Source: Strigamia acuminata | Lineage: Eukaryota | Length of the DNA stretch: 64,000 nt | NCBI GenBank assembly: GCA_949358305.1 | Contig: OX442314.1 | Coordinates: forward strand, 14,942,001-15,006,000 | Direction: 5' to 3' | Shown here: positions 1-13,321 of the stretch, piece by piece | Layout: every line of letters starts with the position of its first letter | Numbering within the stretch: position 1 is the stretch's first letter | Program-made: the position numbers and the translations under genes | The notes under the pieces: model-generated | The model's database searches: none | The model's input: only the letters and a program-made list of their open reading frames with translations | Told to the model about the DNA's origin: nothing

Positions 1-1114
1 TATACGGAACCTGGGAACAATATCTTCTACTACGTCGTGTCCATATCACGCAGAGCTTATTCGGTTGCCTACAAAGATAAATAAAACGACCTTGTAAATC
101 TTTTTCTATCCAAAGTTAAATAAACATTTCAAAAAAACTGAGCAAACCATAAACACTTACCATTTACTCGTACACTCGACCATCAACTCATGATATGAAC
201 TAATAAACTGAAACTTTGCAGCTCGCTGATTGACCCTCTGAAGTCGTTTCCACACGGAACTCATTGCTGGAGTGCAACAAGACGCGAACCGTCCCTTGCT
301 TTTTACACTTTTTTCTGCAACAGATGTAGAATCTGTAGCTTTTTCTGGTGTTGAAAGGAGTTTCGGAGTTAATATCGGCGGCACAGGGCGAGTGGGAGGC
401 GGAGGACGCAATGGAGGTGGAGGCCGGGGTGGCTTCGGTCCTGACTTTCCTGATTCATTGGTGGTATTTCTGATATGATAATAATAATAATAACAAAAAA
501 AATTAAACAGATATAATTCACTTTTTTTCCTTATGAAAGATGATTCATGTTGAGCAATTTCCTAGTCGCCACTTAAGGTATGCGATTAAATTACACAATT
601 CGCATTTAATTAATTAAAGGCTACAACTGTTTAATTATTACAAACACGGGAATTAGTCGGTCGGGAAGCGGTGCATGAAAATAAAAACCCATTAATTTTC
701 TCAGGAAATCAACATTTTATGTCTAAATTAATGTTTATTTCGTTCCGACTTCCTTCATTGGAAATTTCGTGTTTTGTGTTTTTGTTTCAGCAAGAAATTT
801 GGTAGAATGAACCGAGCTGCACAGGTATATGTAAACACAAGGTTAAATAAAGTGGCTTCTGCCAACAAGTGCAACTCGTACTAAATTTAGATTCAACCGA
901 AACAACATTTTTCATCACATTTTTCATTTAAAAACAAAAAAATTTAATCAAATCAAACCAAAACATATCATTTCAAAGATCAAAAGGGGAACTAAATAAA
1001 AAAAATTACTATTTTCTTAAACCCCACAGTTCTATATTAAGAAAATATAAAACAAAAAAGGAACCTAAAATTTTCTATGTTAAGGTTAAGTTTAATTTAC
1101 CTTGAATCTGCCAT
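1..1114 (-). CDS. EHBP1: EH domain-binding protein 1-like (NT-C2 domain), 5' part; gene runs off the left edge
   Basis: The canonical start MSSVWKRLQRVNQRAAKFQF (ATG at 264) runs to a GTAAG donor at 160 and splices to exon 68..1 (WQPNKLCVIWTRRSRRYCSQVPY), matching the EHBP1 NT-C2 N-terminus. An in-frame upstream extension is possible via exon 469..161 and mini-exon 1114..1101. Confidence 0.88.
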
Positions 1115-1743
1115 TGTGTAAGGCAAACTTGTATGAGGATGTATATAGTGGAGTATAAACAAGAGAAAGAAAAATACACGAGAGTACAGACTGCTTGTAT
1201 TGTCTCACTATATAGGGATTGGTTTAATGTCACTTAGGTCTGGCAAATATTCAGGAATGAAATGGCCCAAATCCAATTTCATCATTTACAAACAACCACT
1301 GCTATATTGCATTACTTCATTCAACGATTAATTAACGAAAGTCTCTCGCGTTTAGTCGACGCATTAATAAATTTATTTATTCTGCTTTAAGCTTTAAAAA
1401 ATTAAGTCGCGTTAAGTGAATTACCTTAAATTAAATTTTCTTAATAGGTAATAACACTAATGCAATATTCTCTCTGCAAATTCGCGAGTAAGAAAATATA
1501 AAAATCAATAAATTCGTGGAAAAAAAATTTGCTACCAACTCGATGGATTTTTGATTCTGTAATTATACGGTTTGGCAGTCTGGTCGTGGTTTATGTGAGC
1601 AATGTGGTTCGATTTATTCTCATAGAATTAAAGACTTGATTGCCATTTAAACCCATCAAAGCTCAAAAATGTGTTTTGTTTCCATTTGGTATCAATTGTT
1701 TGTATTGAAAATCGGTGGAATAGATGAGATATTTGATACTTAC

Positions 1744-1890
1744 TCGTGATTTATATATTCATCTTTATATTAATCCTCCGTGGACCATTTATAGTCAAGG
1801 AGTAAAAGCAAGGCACAGCCCATCAAGTAAAACGCCAGCTGCATATCCAATATTCGCCATGTTGCCTCTGGTGGTTGTTAACCTCAAACT
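1744..1890 (-). promoter_or_regulatory. Candidate non-coding first exon of EHBP1
   Basis: GTAAGT donor at 1743 on the minus strand and an AACATGGCG (YY1-like) motif near 1855-1863. No long ORF; the 5' boundary is approximate. Confidence 0.35.
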
Positions 1891-2086
1891 CAGAGATTTG
1901 ATAGAATGTTTTTATAATTTCTATTTTAAACTAAAATAATACGAATTAGTTTTTTATTTGTTTAAAACGGATAGAAATACCATCACAATTATTAAAGACA
2001 AATTTTTATGAGAAGGTTTAAGCAAAAAATGCGGTGTTCCGGTTATGGCACATATATATATTCTGGGTTATGATCGAGGTTATGAT

Positions 2087-2289
2087 CGGTTTTACGGTTT
2101 AAGTAATGACGTCATTTCTGTCTGCGGAAACTCGAAATTATTTCTTTCAATTTTGTCAGAAATTAAAAATGTTGAAAATTTGTGTATTAATATTTTTTAG
2201 AATATTTAAAATAAATTTTTGTAACTTATTAGTTATCGCTCGAAAGAAAGGTTTATAAGATGACGTCATTCTTTTAACCGATTAAGACC
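2087..2289. repeat. Imperfect ~32-bp inverted repeat pair (MITE-like), each arm carrying a TGACGTCA palindrome
   Basis: cggttttacggtttaagtaatgacgtcattt (2087-2117) resembles the reverse complement of 2258-2289 (cggtcttaatcggttaaaagaatgacgtcatct). TGACGTCA at 2107-2114 and 2261-2268. Confidence 0.55.
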
Positions 2290-3245
2290 GGTTGAAAAAA
2301 TCTGAATAAAAAATTTCCCGCTCTTGTCATTATACCCCAAAACATAAAATCATTGAACATTACATTTCTGATTCTAAAATCATTTCAAAATTAAAAACAA
2401 ATTATTTGATCTAAATTCCAAGCTTCTTCAACAACTTTGATTTCAACGGATAGGAGGTTGTTGTTGGGTAGCAGACGAGCTGGGTGAAACCATGGCGTCT
2501 TGCAATAAAAACAAGAAAATACCCACCTCGGAAAATGATCGCTTCACAGGTAATGCATACATCACATATAACAGAAAATATACATAAGACGGTACACAAT
2601 TATTCGTGTTAAACGAACGGTTTAAAACGTTTGATTTCCTACAAAAACGAGCATTGTGTGCGACGCGTCGGCTGCTACTTGCTTGATCGAGATCTCAACT
2701 TTGTATTCCGTCATTATTGTAAGATCAAACGCAGATAAACACATTTCTTTCGCACATTAGCTACATACAATTGTTAATAGCGGGCCGAGGTTGATTTGAG
2801 CGGCACTCGTGGACCGAAAGGTTGTCGATGACCGAGTAAAACACGTAGAATTTTTGCTTAAAAATGGTCGAAATAACGAAGTTCAAATTTGACACAATGG
2901 CGTCTGCATTTGTGGTGTCTGTTCAATTGGTGCACATTTGACTTATCGGTCGCACTTGAAGCTAGATAACAATTGCAGCACGCTTTTTATTATAAATTAA
3001 GACGATAGGTATGGAAATGTAGTTATATAGCACTGGTAAGTCGGTATTTAGGACGGATTGCTGTTCATTTAGCCTTGTCATTTCGTTGTTGACGTTACAG
3101 CTTGCGAATTTTAGTGTTAAGTCTGTTTTGTAATAACGCGGTACTAAGTGGTTAGAATTGTTTGATTTTTGTGTTTTTGGATTTAATTTAAAGTGAGTTT
3201 ATACGTTACGCATGCATAATTAAAAATCGATTAGCATTAAACAAC

Positions 3246-3279
<34 letters not shown>

Positions 3280-3302
3280 AATTTTTTTTAGGAGTTAGAT
3301 TA

Positions 3303-3565
3303 ATGGATCCTCGTTATTCAAGAATGATTTTGTCCTCCGACGAAGATGATTCAAATCGCAAGACAAAAAAGGCAAAAAGCAATCATATGGCATCAACGAC
3401 TATGAAAATTAATCAGAGAAACGAAATTCGCAATGAAAGGTTTCATGATCCAAGTCCAGTGGCCCTTTTAGATATGCTTGCCGAAGTTGCGTCTGCAACT
3501 CTCAAAAATGATCTGGTTTTGACACCTTCAGTGCCATTTCCAATCAACAAAGTAAAATCTACGGT

Positions 3566-3598
<33 letters not shown>

Positions 3599-6093
3599 TT
3601 TTATTTATTTATTTATTTATTTATTTATTTTATTTATTTATTTATTTTTAAATTTTTTTTTTGTGATTGACTTATAAATTTATTAAATGTTTTCAGTCAC
3701 CTGTGTCCAGTTCTGTGCGGCGAACACCGTACAATTCAGATTTGCTCAATCTGGATCAGATTCGAATGCTTTCCGATCGCTTACTTCTCAACATGTTCAG
3801 CGACCAAACAGCGGACGAATTACGAAAAACGTACACATTTACTTGTTTCTTAATGCCGGAGAAATGTCAACAGACATACTCGAGTTTTGGTAATGAACAC
3901 AAAGCTCGCCTTCTCATGAAGACTCATTTACTTGCGCACATCGCTGAATTAGTTGTTGAAGATAACCGTACGTTTTTATTAGATTTAGAGTTTATTTATT
4001 ACTTGTACTATACATTGAATATTTTCTCTTAGAGCCTGACAGATCACCCGATCGAAAATTCATCGCGGAAACATTAAACGCACGAAAAAAGAGATTAGCG
4101 GGTAATATTTTTAAATGTAACGTAACTACAACATGAACAACAATTAATTACGAATGTGTTTGTTTTGTTTTAAGCTATTCAAGGCAGCCGACGCAGAGTT
4201 TTGCGAAAAAACACCAGAGCTATGAGGGCAAAACGCTTAATGGCACAAACGAAAGAGAAGACTGTGAAAACTGGATCTAGTAATTCCAAAAATAATACGG
4301 TACTTGCAGAACCTGGAAAATTTGTTCGTTTAAGTACATTAACTTCCAATGAAGAAATGACGGGTGACAAATTAGAGGAAAATGGCGACGATAACTCGAA
4401 TGATAACTCACAAAAAGAAAGTGTAAAAAGTAGCAAGAAGAAATCAAGTCGTTTGAACGGTGCGGTAAAGACGCAACCAGCTAAACAAGGCAAACCTACC
4501 AAACCGATCGAAGTCCAAAACGTTGAAAATAATAAAAATAAATCGGGTGGACAGAAGCAACCGAGGGCCAGGAAGAGAAAGCGGACGTGCGAAACTAGCG
4601 AAGCCAGCACCGAAACGAAGTTTCCGAATGAAGATGATTTTGGACAAACGAATCAGAAAAGTGAGCCGTGGATTTTTAGAGATCATAATTATACGCACGT
4701 GGATGGGAAGAAGGAGGATTTTGACAAATGGGATAAAAATATGTCCGATGAAGACGACGTTGCAGCGGATTGTTATCGTTGTCCCGTTATCGAACCGGGA
4801 AGTGTTGACGTTAATTCGTTAATGTATAACGTCTTGTTAGAGTGCGAAGTGGAACATACAAACGGATCAGTAGGGCCAGTTATAGCGGAATTTGAAGAAA
4901 TAAAAACGAGCGAAATTGAAAAGAAAGATAATAAGATCAATTCGAAAGGTAAATAGATTGGAGGTTTGAATTTTATATTTGAATTACATTAAATTAAATA
5001 GCACGATTTGATGTTAATCTAGCTCCTGAGTTGTTGGAAGGAGTGGCATTGCAGACAAAACCAAAACGAGTTCGTAGGATAAATAAGATAATTGTGCCGG
5101 AAGAATATGCGACCGAGAGCAGTCAATCGTCCGAGGAGGAAGATGAGAACGAAAGTGATGAGATGGATAAACCGGTACAGAGCACGACTAAAGTGGTCGA
5201 AGCAAATGCAAAAGCTGCAGACCCAGTAAAAGTGCAAGCACCGAAGGAGGGAACTCCAGAATGGGAAAGGGTAAGAAAAATTAACTCGTGAATTAGATGA
5301 TAAATTAAAAAAAAATTAATATTTTGAAAATAGAAATTAGCTTTGAAATGCATTCGAATGTTGAGAACGAGAAGGAAGGACGAAAGAATTGCTCTCGTGT
5401 GCAAGATTTGTCAGGATAAAATTTTTACCGCGCAAGCTACACTAATGTACCATTATAGAAGTCACGCAGGTAAGAAAACATTAGAGTATAAAGATCCTTA
5501 AAAATTCAATGATTTTTTTTTATTTCTGCAGGTATTAAACCGTTTGTATGCAACATATGCAATACTACATTTACCCGCCAGCATAGTCTTAACTATCACA
5601 TGTTGATTCATAATAATAAAAGTCGCTTCACCTGTGTGGAATGTGGACGAAAATTTCGTCATCCGAGCCATTTTAAAGAGCACATGCGGCGACATACGGG
5701 GGAAACTCCATTCGAATGTGGAGATTGCGGATTAAGGTAGTGTTTCATTGCGTAGATTGATGTAAATAGAAATTAAATTGGCATATTTTTTTTAGATTTA
5801 AAACACGTAATACGTATAAGCGACATTTGAAAACGAGGCACGGAAAACTGCTAACAGCCACTGGAATTGTGGTGCTGACTTCCGAGGAGTTTTTATTAGT
5901 TAAGACGAATCCACGGAAAAAGACGAGTCAACGGAAAGACAAGGAAACTCAGTGGCCCGACGCGGAATGTTCAACCGCTGCAACTTCACCGTCCTCAACT
6001 GCGCATCGATCGGACAAAGTAACCGTGAAATATTGTAATGAATTGAAATTAACATCAGCTATGGTGCAGAAACATCTGAAAAAGACCGCGTAA
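3303..6093 (+). CDS. C2H2 zinc-finger transcription factor (four tandem C-terminal fingers plus one atypical N-terminal finger)
   Basis: GT-AG exons 3303-3563, 3697-3967, 4033-4101, 4175-4948, 5023-5270, 5334-5469, 5532-5736 and 5796-6093 join in frame. Fingers: CKICQDKIFTAQATLMYHYRSH, CNICNTTFTRQHSLNYHMLIH, CVECGRKFRHPSHFKEHMRRH (TGETPF linker), CGDCGLRFKTRNTYKRHLKTRH. Confidence 0.9.
3567..3648. repeat. (TATT)n microsatellite in the first coding intron of the zinc-finger gene
   Basis: Visible tatttatttattt array; it explains the YLFIYLF tail of ORF 3303..3677. Confidence 0.9.
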
Positions 6094-7432
6094 TTGTCAA
6101 GAATCATGGATATATTATTGTAAAGATGATTATGGCTGTTTTTTTTTTGTTGTTGTCTTTTTCTTCTTTTATTTTTGCTTTCATTATTTCATCAGGCACT
6201 TTCTTAAATTTTCGTTACGTTTGTTTATAGAGTTTAAGAAAAGTGACTACATTCTTGAATATTTACAACTATTATATATAGATTTTTTTCCAGACGTTTG
6301 ATTAATGTTTTGGCTATGGAATATGTTCAGATACTATTGGGATCAAGTGTTAATTTTTCTTTTTTATGATAAACTCTTCGTGCGAGAAGGATTTTGCAGG
6401 ATATGGAAGGGAGGAAAGAAAAAAAAGCGAAAAAGCGAATACATTATTTTTTTTTTCTACTGTGATCTTTATATTAGATTAGATCTGATGTTTATTAATA
6501 CTGCGCGATGAATGAATCATGTGCTATCTTTATGAGAGAAAAAAATGCGCACGCAATTTCTCGAATGTAAACTTTTTACATAAAAATACTTTTCATGAGT
6601 GAATTTCAAACACATTTTGAAATGAAAACATTCCTTGGTACTTAGGAAATAATAGCTGCAAAAAGGAATTTTGCTCGTTGTAATTTTGAATTTCTTGTAA
6701 TTTCCCTTGTCACATTTATAAGTTGATGTTATTCTTATTTTCTACTATAAAAAGATAATGATGTAATGGTATTAATGGGGTTAATTGATAAATCTCTTGT
6801 ATTTTTAAATTTTGAATTAAAAATTATGAAAATTTTAATAAATTCTTGCGAGGATTTAATTTTTGAGTTAATACTTTCAGAATTGACAAGTAATATTTGG
6901 TTTATTTCGTTTTTATATTAAATTTAGGTGTCGAAACGAGTAAATTACACAAATTAGACTTAATATTTACATGCATATATTATCTATCAAATGTGATGAG
7001 TGGTATAAACTTTTTATAAAATGGTTGACAAACGGTAAATAATGTTGTAGCTGTTGTGTACACCTACAAGATAGAAACACTTAAGACTGACCTTCGTGAA
7101 ATGAAATCTAGCTACAAAAATAATTTTCACATCTTTTTAAACGCAATACCACTTTGCATCCATCACTATATTCAAAAGATATATTAAAACAACAACAACA
7201 AAAACAAATAACAAATCATTTCAATAAACTGTACTTGAAATAAAATATAAAATGCAATTAAATTACACTCCTCAAAACATTGAACTTCATTTAACTTAAT
7301 TAATTAATTGCAATATTTAACTTTTTAAAAATTAATAAAATTATATTTCTCCATTGCACTTTAAAACGCTTTTCTCGTATAAACAAAAGTACATAGCAAA
7401 TCACTAAAACCGTTGTCCATTCACTGGAGAGT

Positions 7433-10400
7433 CTAATGCGATTGTGATTCGAGGCTTTTGTTCCGACTCAGTGTACTCCTAAAACAACAAGTAAAAAAAA
7501 TTAGTTTATTAAATAAATTAAACAACAAAACACCGAGAAATAAAATCGTGCAAATCCAAACATTGGCAAGCAGGGAAAAAAATGTATAAAAATTATAAAA
7601 ATGTAAAAATGTCAGGATATTAAAAATTGTAATTCAATACGGAAAAATAAAACGAAAAACGAAAACGAAAAATTATATTGTCTTATTAAGCAAGCAGAAA
7701 TCAAATCGATGCAGAAATCAGGAGTCATATTAGCAAAACTTCATTGAAAACAGGCGATAGAACCATTCTGGAAGTTGTTGTATTTTTTTTTTTTTACCTT
7801 GGAATCAAAAAAGGTATCTTGCTGCTATTTAAATTGGCCGACAACCTTTTCACTCGACTCCTCCCAGATCCAGATCCAGATCCCATTTCCGAGCTTGCAC
7901 TTTCGTTCGAGCCGTAGCTGCACGGTGAATCGGGCGTGTTCTGTCCATCAGAATCCTCACTAAGAGCTGCCGGACTTCCCGGTCGACTGAGAAACTTCCT
8001 ATTTCCGAGACGATACTGAAGATCATGACTTAACGGAAGACTTAGTCCCATTTTCGTGGCTCCATAAACTCTAACTGGGGACATGCATCTCGGAGTTCCA
8101 GGAGCACTGGGTGACCGACCGGTAGAGGAGCGAAACGATGCTCTGGGGATAAGGGAAGATCCCAAATGTCGACTCAAACTTGAGTTGAGATGAGAAGTAC
8201 TTTTGGCCCGCGAAAGAGTTGTGAGGTACGATTTCTTAGTTGATGATGATGATGATGGAGAGCTAATCTCATTTTTCGTCTTTCCGGGAGATTTTTTTGG
8301 GATACTGGATTGTGGATTTTGCAATACATTGGAGGAAAAGTTTTTTTTCAAATGAGTCGTAATCTCTTTTGGCACTTTAGAAGGGGTATCGTTCGTTTTC
8401 TTGTCGTCTTTTTTGTCGTTCAGATGGGCAATTATCATATCATCGCTAAAATCTAATTGCAAATCGTCGTGCTGCATCGTCCCATACACACCATCACTCG
8501 GTGAATCCTTATATTTTGTTGGATTTAAGCAATACGATTCACCAACAACCCACGGTCGTTTGGGATCAGATGGAGAAAGGGGTGGCGACACTATTGTCGA
8601 GTTATACCTTAATGACGACGGCTTCACGGGTGAATTTGATGATGACAACGAACAGCGTGGAATAGTAGACGATGCACGTCGAATAGTCTCTGTAAATTGA
8701 AAATCGTTAGTGCTTTTATCGATTCAAATCAAAACTCCTCACCTGGGGACGGAACAGGACTGTCAGGCAAGATTTTGCGATTCAGCGAAGGAGTTAATGG
8801 AAGAGACGAAGATCGCCTACTAAATATTCGCATTAAATAAATTAATATAAACAAAAAGCGATGTAATTACTTTGGTAATGGAATCGCTGATCGAATTTCG
8901 TATTTTAAAAGCGATTGAGGGGTTCTTCCGTACCGCGAAGGAGAACACGGAATTCTTGACCCTCGATATCCTTAAATAAATCATTTAAATGCCAAAATTC
9001 ATGTATGGAGTGCATACTGTACTACCTGGACTGGGAGATGTGTCCGACATTTGTCTATATTTTAATTTCCGCTCCAGTTGAACTAACAATTTCTCTTCAT
9101 CTTCTTTAGCTAAATCAACCGCGTCATCTAAACTTGTACTGTGTCTGTTGTCCTATTTAAAACAATCTATTGTTTAAACATCATTAAATCTTATCACATT
9201 TTCATCTTACAGTTTCTAATAATTCAACGTTATCGAGTTCTAAAATAGCTTGTCCCAAAGCTGCTGACACATCTTTGTCGGTTTCATTGTTCACAAGTTT
9301 ACGAACAGCTGCCTCTAAAAACCGAAGTAATTTCTGATCCGCAGGCAGCTTTATGAGTGATTTTAATCGTGGAAGAACAGAACACAACCGTAAACGAATG
9401 TTTGGAATGGGATCATCTAAAAACAAATTATTTATTATTTAATACCATAAACAAATTTTTAAAAATTATAACAACAATAAAAATACTAATACCTGTTAAT
9501 TTCAAAAGATAACTAAAAAAATGAGTTTTAAAAAATTGTTTAGAAAACAATTCGATGATGATAGTACATGCAGTAATGAATAGCATCCGCTTATGACAAC
9601 TATAGCCATTAGCCAAATCTAAATAAAATGTAATAAAAATCATTAATACTAATGAAATAATTTACAACAAAATGTTTACCATCAACAAGTCTAGTACAAA
9701 TTTCCTGTCTCCGGTTTGACATTATTGTGCTCCGTAAAAATATGAGTAAAGTTGTAATAGCAGCAATACGACATGGAATCGGACGCTAAAAAATTAAAAA
9801 CTATATAGAAAATCTTTTTTTTTCATTTTAAATATAAATATTCTTACTACTGAGTAAATTTTTTGAAAAATAAGAGGCACAAAAGTTTCATGAATATCAT
9901 CACTGCTTAAACAACGAGGAAGACACGATAATTTCGACAAAAATTCGGCATGTAATCTCCAATTGGTAGTGACAGAAATAGCTCTTTCGCACGCAATCAA
10001 TGCAGTAATCAGATCATCAGCATCGTGAATCTTTAATACAAATTAAGTTTTAATTTTAAAACAATCTCGTTACAAACATGTTGACAATTTACTCTGATGC
10101 CAGAATTCATGCTGCCTTCCCTTGCTAAAGCTTCTAAAGTTACTGGTAAATTTGATAAAACTCCCTCGAGAACCTAAAATTGCAGTAATTAAATTGGATC
10201 ATTAAATTTTAAAGTAAAATATACCTCAATGCAATCATCCTGAAGAAGCAAAACCAGCTGTCTTTGAATTAAATGAACATTTGGTCCCAAAAGCTTGGAT
10301 ATTTCATGCAAACCACTCGCTATGGTTCGTCTCACTCCTGAATAAGGATCAGATGCCAAATCGTAAAAAGTAAAAAGTAATTCATCTTTAAAATTTATCG

Positions 10401-11649
10401 GTTCAGCAAACAAAACCATAGCCTAAAAAAAAAAATTTAATTTATAATATCAAAACATACAATATAAACCATTATATCTTTAGTTACAGGAAAATTGTAA
10501 GCGCAGTTCTGCCTGCACTGCATGTACTTATCACAATCATCAGTCAGTGGCACAATGTCTGGCATCTGAAAATTTAATACCGTTTAGCATGCAATTTTTA
10601 TCGATTCATTTACTGTTTTTTACCCTGCTTCGATTTGTTCTGTCATTGTCCGCACTTACTGGCAAGCCTAACCTAGCTAATTTGCGGTAAAACTGAAGAA
10701 ACCAGCTCTTCTCTTCAACTTGTAAATTTACTAGTAAAATTTAAATGAAAATCACGTTTTGTTTTATCTTTTTAGCGTGTAACTTACAAGATAATCCATG
10801 ACACAGACGGCCAAGCTGCTTGGCAGCAATTGGAAGAGCAGAATCTTCCATAATTAATGAAGTTTCACAAAACTTTTTCACCAGTGGAATGATTGTTTGA
10901 GTGCAAGTTTCTAATAGATAAATTTTAAAAATCCACTCAAAAATTTTTTTTTATTTCCTTTAACAATTAAACTCACCATCGTCCAATAAACTCAACATAT
11001 TTACAACCGTTTCGATGGTAGCTAGTCGCACATAACTTGCTTCATCGTTTGACAACTCAACTAAACAAGGCAAAATAGCATACTTGGCGATTTCTAACCT
11101 AAAATATAAACAAAATTATTTTAAATAGTTAAAAAAATAATACTAATTCCTTACCCTAATCCTCTAGCTACGGCATCTAATTGGCGAGCTATGCAGCTTC
11201 TAACTTCGTAATCTACATCCTGACATAAGGATTGCACAGTTGGTAAAATCTCCTTTTTAATACTGGAAGTGAAATAAATATTTTAACTAAACAAACTTTT
11301 TTTTAAATAAAAAAAAAAAATACTCACAAAAATCCTTCGAATTTTAAGCAAATCTTTCCCAAAATTTTACAACTTGCCAAGCGGGATGTGACAGAATGCG
11401 AGTGCTGTCCTTTATAAATAGCCAAAGTGAGTATCTGTAAATATATAGAAAACTAATTACATTACCCCAAAAACAACTTCATGACTAATACTTTGCTCAT
11501 AATGCAAAAATAAAAAAACCTAATAAAAAAAAATCTTACATCTTTTTTAACGATATCCGGTGGGAGCAAATCTATGACATCCAGTAAAGTTTCCAACCAT
11601 GCATTTGCCACAACTAAAAAAATTAAATAAAAAAGTATTATTATTTTTT

Positions 11650-11682
<33 letters not shown>

Positions 11683-13321
11683 ATAAAATAAATACTTTGA
11701 TCCTTGCTATCCACACTTGTCAGTATGCTTTGTAAAAACGTTTGAGTAAAAGTTGTTGCTGGCACCAGTTCCCTTTCCAAAATAGTGAGAAAAGAATTAC
11801 TGGCCTCCAAATGCACTTCGGCTTGAGAATTCGGCAACACGGCCTGCAGGAAAAACAAACAATAATAATTCAACGTTTTTGTTATTCTAATTAATCTTTA
11901 TAAACAATTCAATTTAAATAACCTGAATTTTGGAGAAAACATCTTTAATGCAAGTGGCCTTGTTTTCTTCGAGCAAACTTGGAAGACTCCTTAATACATT
12001 TAAATGTTGTATCTCCTGGTTGCAACTAAATAAAGTTAAAAATTAAAATTAAATTTATTAAAATGGGAAGCACATAATATTTGCAAATTCGCATTTCCTT
12101 TTTTGAATAAACACTTTTCCATGATTCAGCAGATGGCACTTAAATGGATCATCTGTTTTTAAAGTCTATAGTGCACTCATGCACCACAAATTTTAATGAT
12201 TCGCCATATTTCCAGTTGTGATGAGATTTTTATTATTTACAAGAATAAACTCTTTCGTGGGCGAAGTTTTCATTGCATAACATTAAAATATATCTTAAAT
12301 TTAAAATTGCATCCAACATTAATTAATTTGTGCCATGTTTCCGACATTTTAGTTACACCCGAAAATAATATGTTTTTGTATGAGAAAAACCCATTAGTTG
12401 ATTAACTACTCAAGACATAAATAAAACAGCAACAAATTACAGTGTATTAAATTCGTTTAAAAATAAATCCTTGCCCTAGAACTTCATTTAAGACAAAAAA
12501 ATAAAATAAAACATTAGAAAAAAAACACTCCATAGCCTAGAAAGTCTATTTTAAAAATACAAATTAACCAAAATAACATTTAAAAATAATTTACTCTTTG
12601 TTTTTTTTTTGTTTTTTTTATCTCCAACTCATCAAAAAAATTCACTTCAAATGTCAAGCTCATCATGCAAAATGAAATACGATCATTTTTTTGACCTAAC
12701 TTGGACGAATTAATCCACCCATTCTTTTTTCTATTTTTTTAAGTGGTTTTATTATAATAAATAAACACACCCATTTGAATTTTCAGAAAAAAAATAAAAA
12801 ATAAAAAAAATAAAAAATACGATTTTCTGAGATAAGACGAATTTTGATTTTTAAAAAGGGGAGCGCTGTAACCAAACAAACTCGAATCCCCACTATTTTC
12901 CATTTAAAACACTTGAGATTAGGTGATTATGATGTCAAGAAGTCGTGCAAACTGCACTAAGCACCCTCTTAGGAGCCCCAACGTCATAAAATTATCAAAA
13001 AGACTTTCAAACACAGGAAATATCGTATTACAATAAAATAAACGTTCGCTTCAATCAGAACTCCCAAAGGCTCGCGCCATCAGCTCGTATTTCAATTCTA
13101 CTAATATGTCAAAAGCCGTGTTAGACTTCCATTGAAATCCTAGTAATAGTTCACGAATGCAACATCTTTGACGGGGTTTATAATTCATCACCACATAATA
13201 CCTGTAATTAAATATAAATCTGTCAAATTTACCTGTCAACGTTAAATTCGCACAGGGCTTCGCCGCCTTCTAAAGGCGGCGAGCCCGGGTCTGTATCGTG
13301 AAGATCTTCGGCTAGCCACAT
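7433..13321 (-). CDS. PPP4R4: Serine/threonine protein phosphatase 4 regulatory subunit 4 (HEAT-repeat protein with Ser-rich tail)
   Basis: About 20 GT-AG exons. First exon 13321..13233 (MWLAEDLHDTDPGSPPLEGGEALCEFNVD, phase 2) joins exon 12025 (SCNQEIQHLNVLRSLPSLL). Motifs VANAWLETLLDVIDLLP, ILPTVQSLCQDVDYEVRSCIARQL, DPYSGVRRTIASGLHEI and DPIPNIRLRLCSVLP match PP4R4. The last exon ends ...LESQSH* at 7433. Confidence 0.88.

Noticed and set aside
13255..13315. Hairpin plus CTAG as a Helitron 3' end or HDV-like ribozyme
   Set aside because: The spacing to CTAG is long, no nested double pseudoknot could be built, and the sequence fits an in-frame coding exon.
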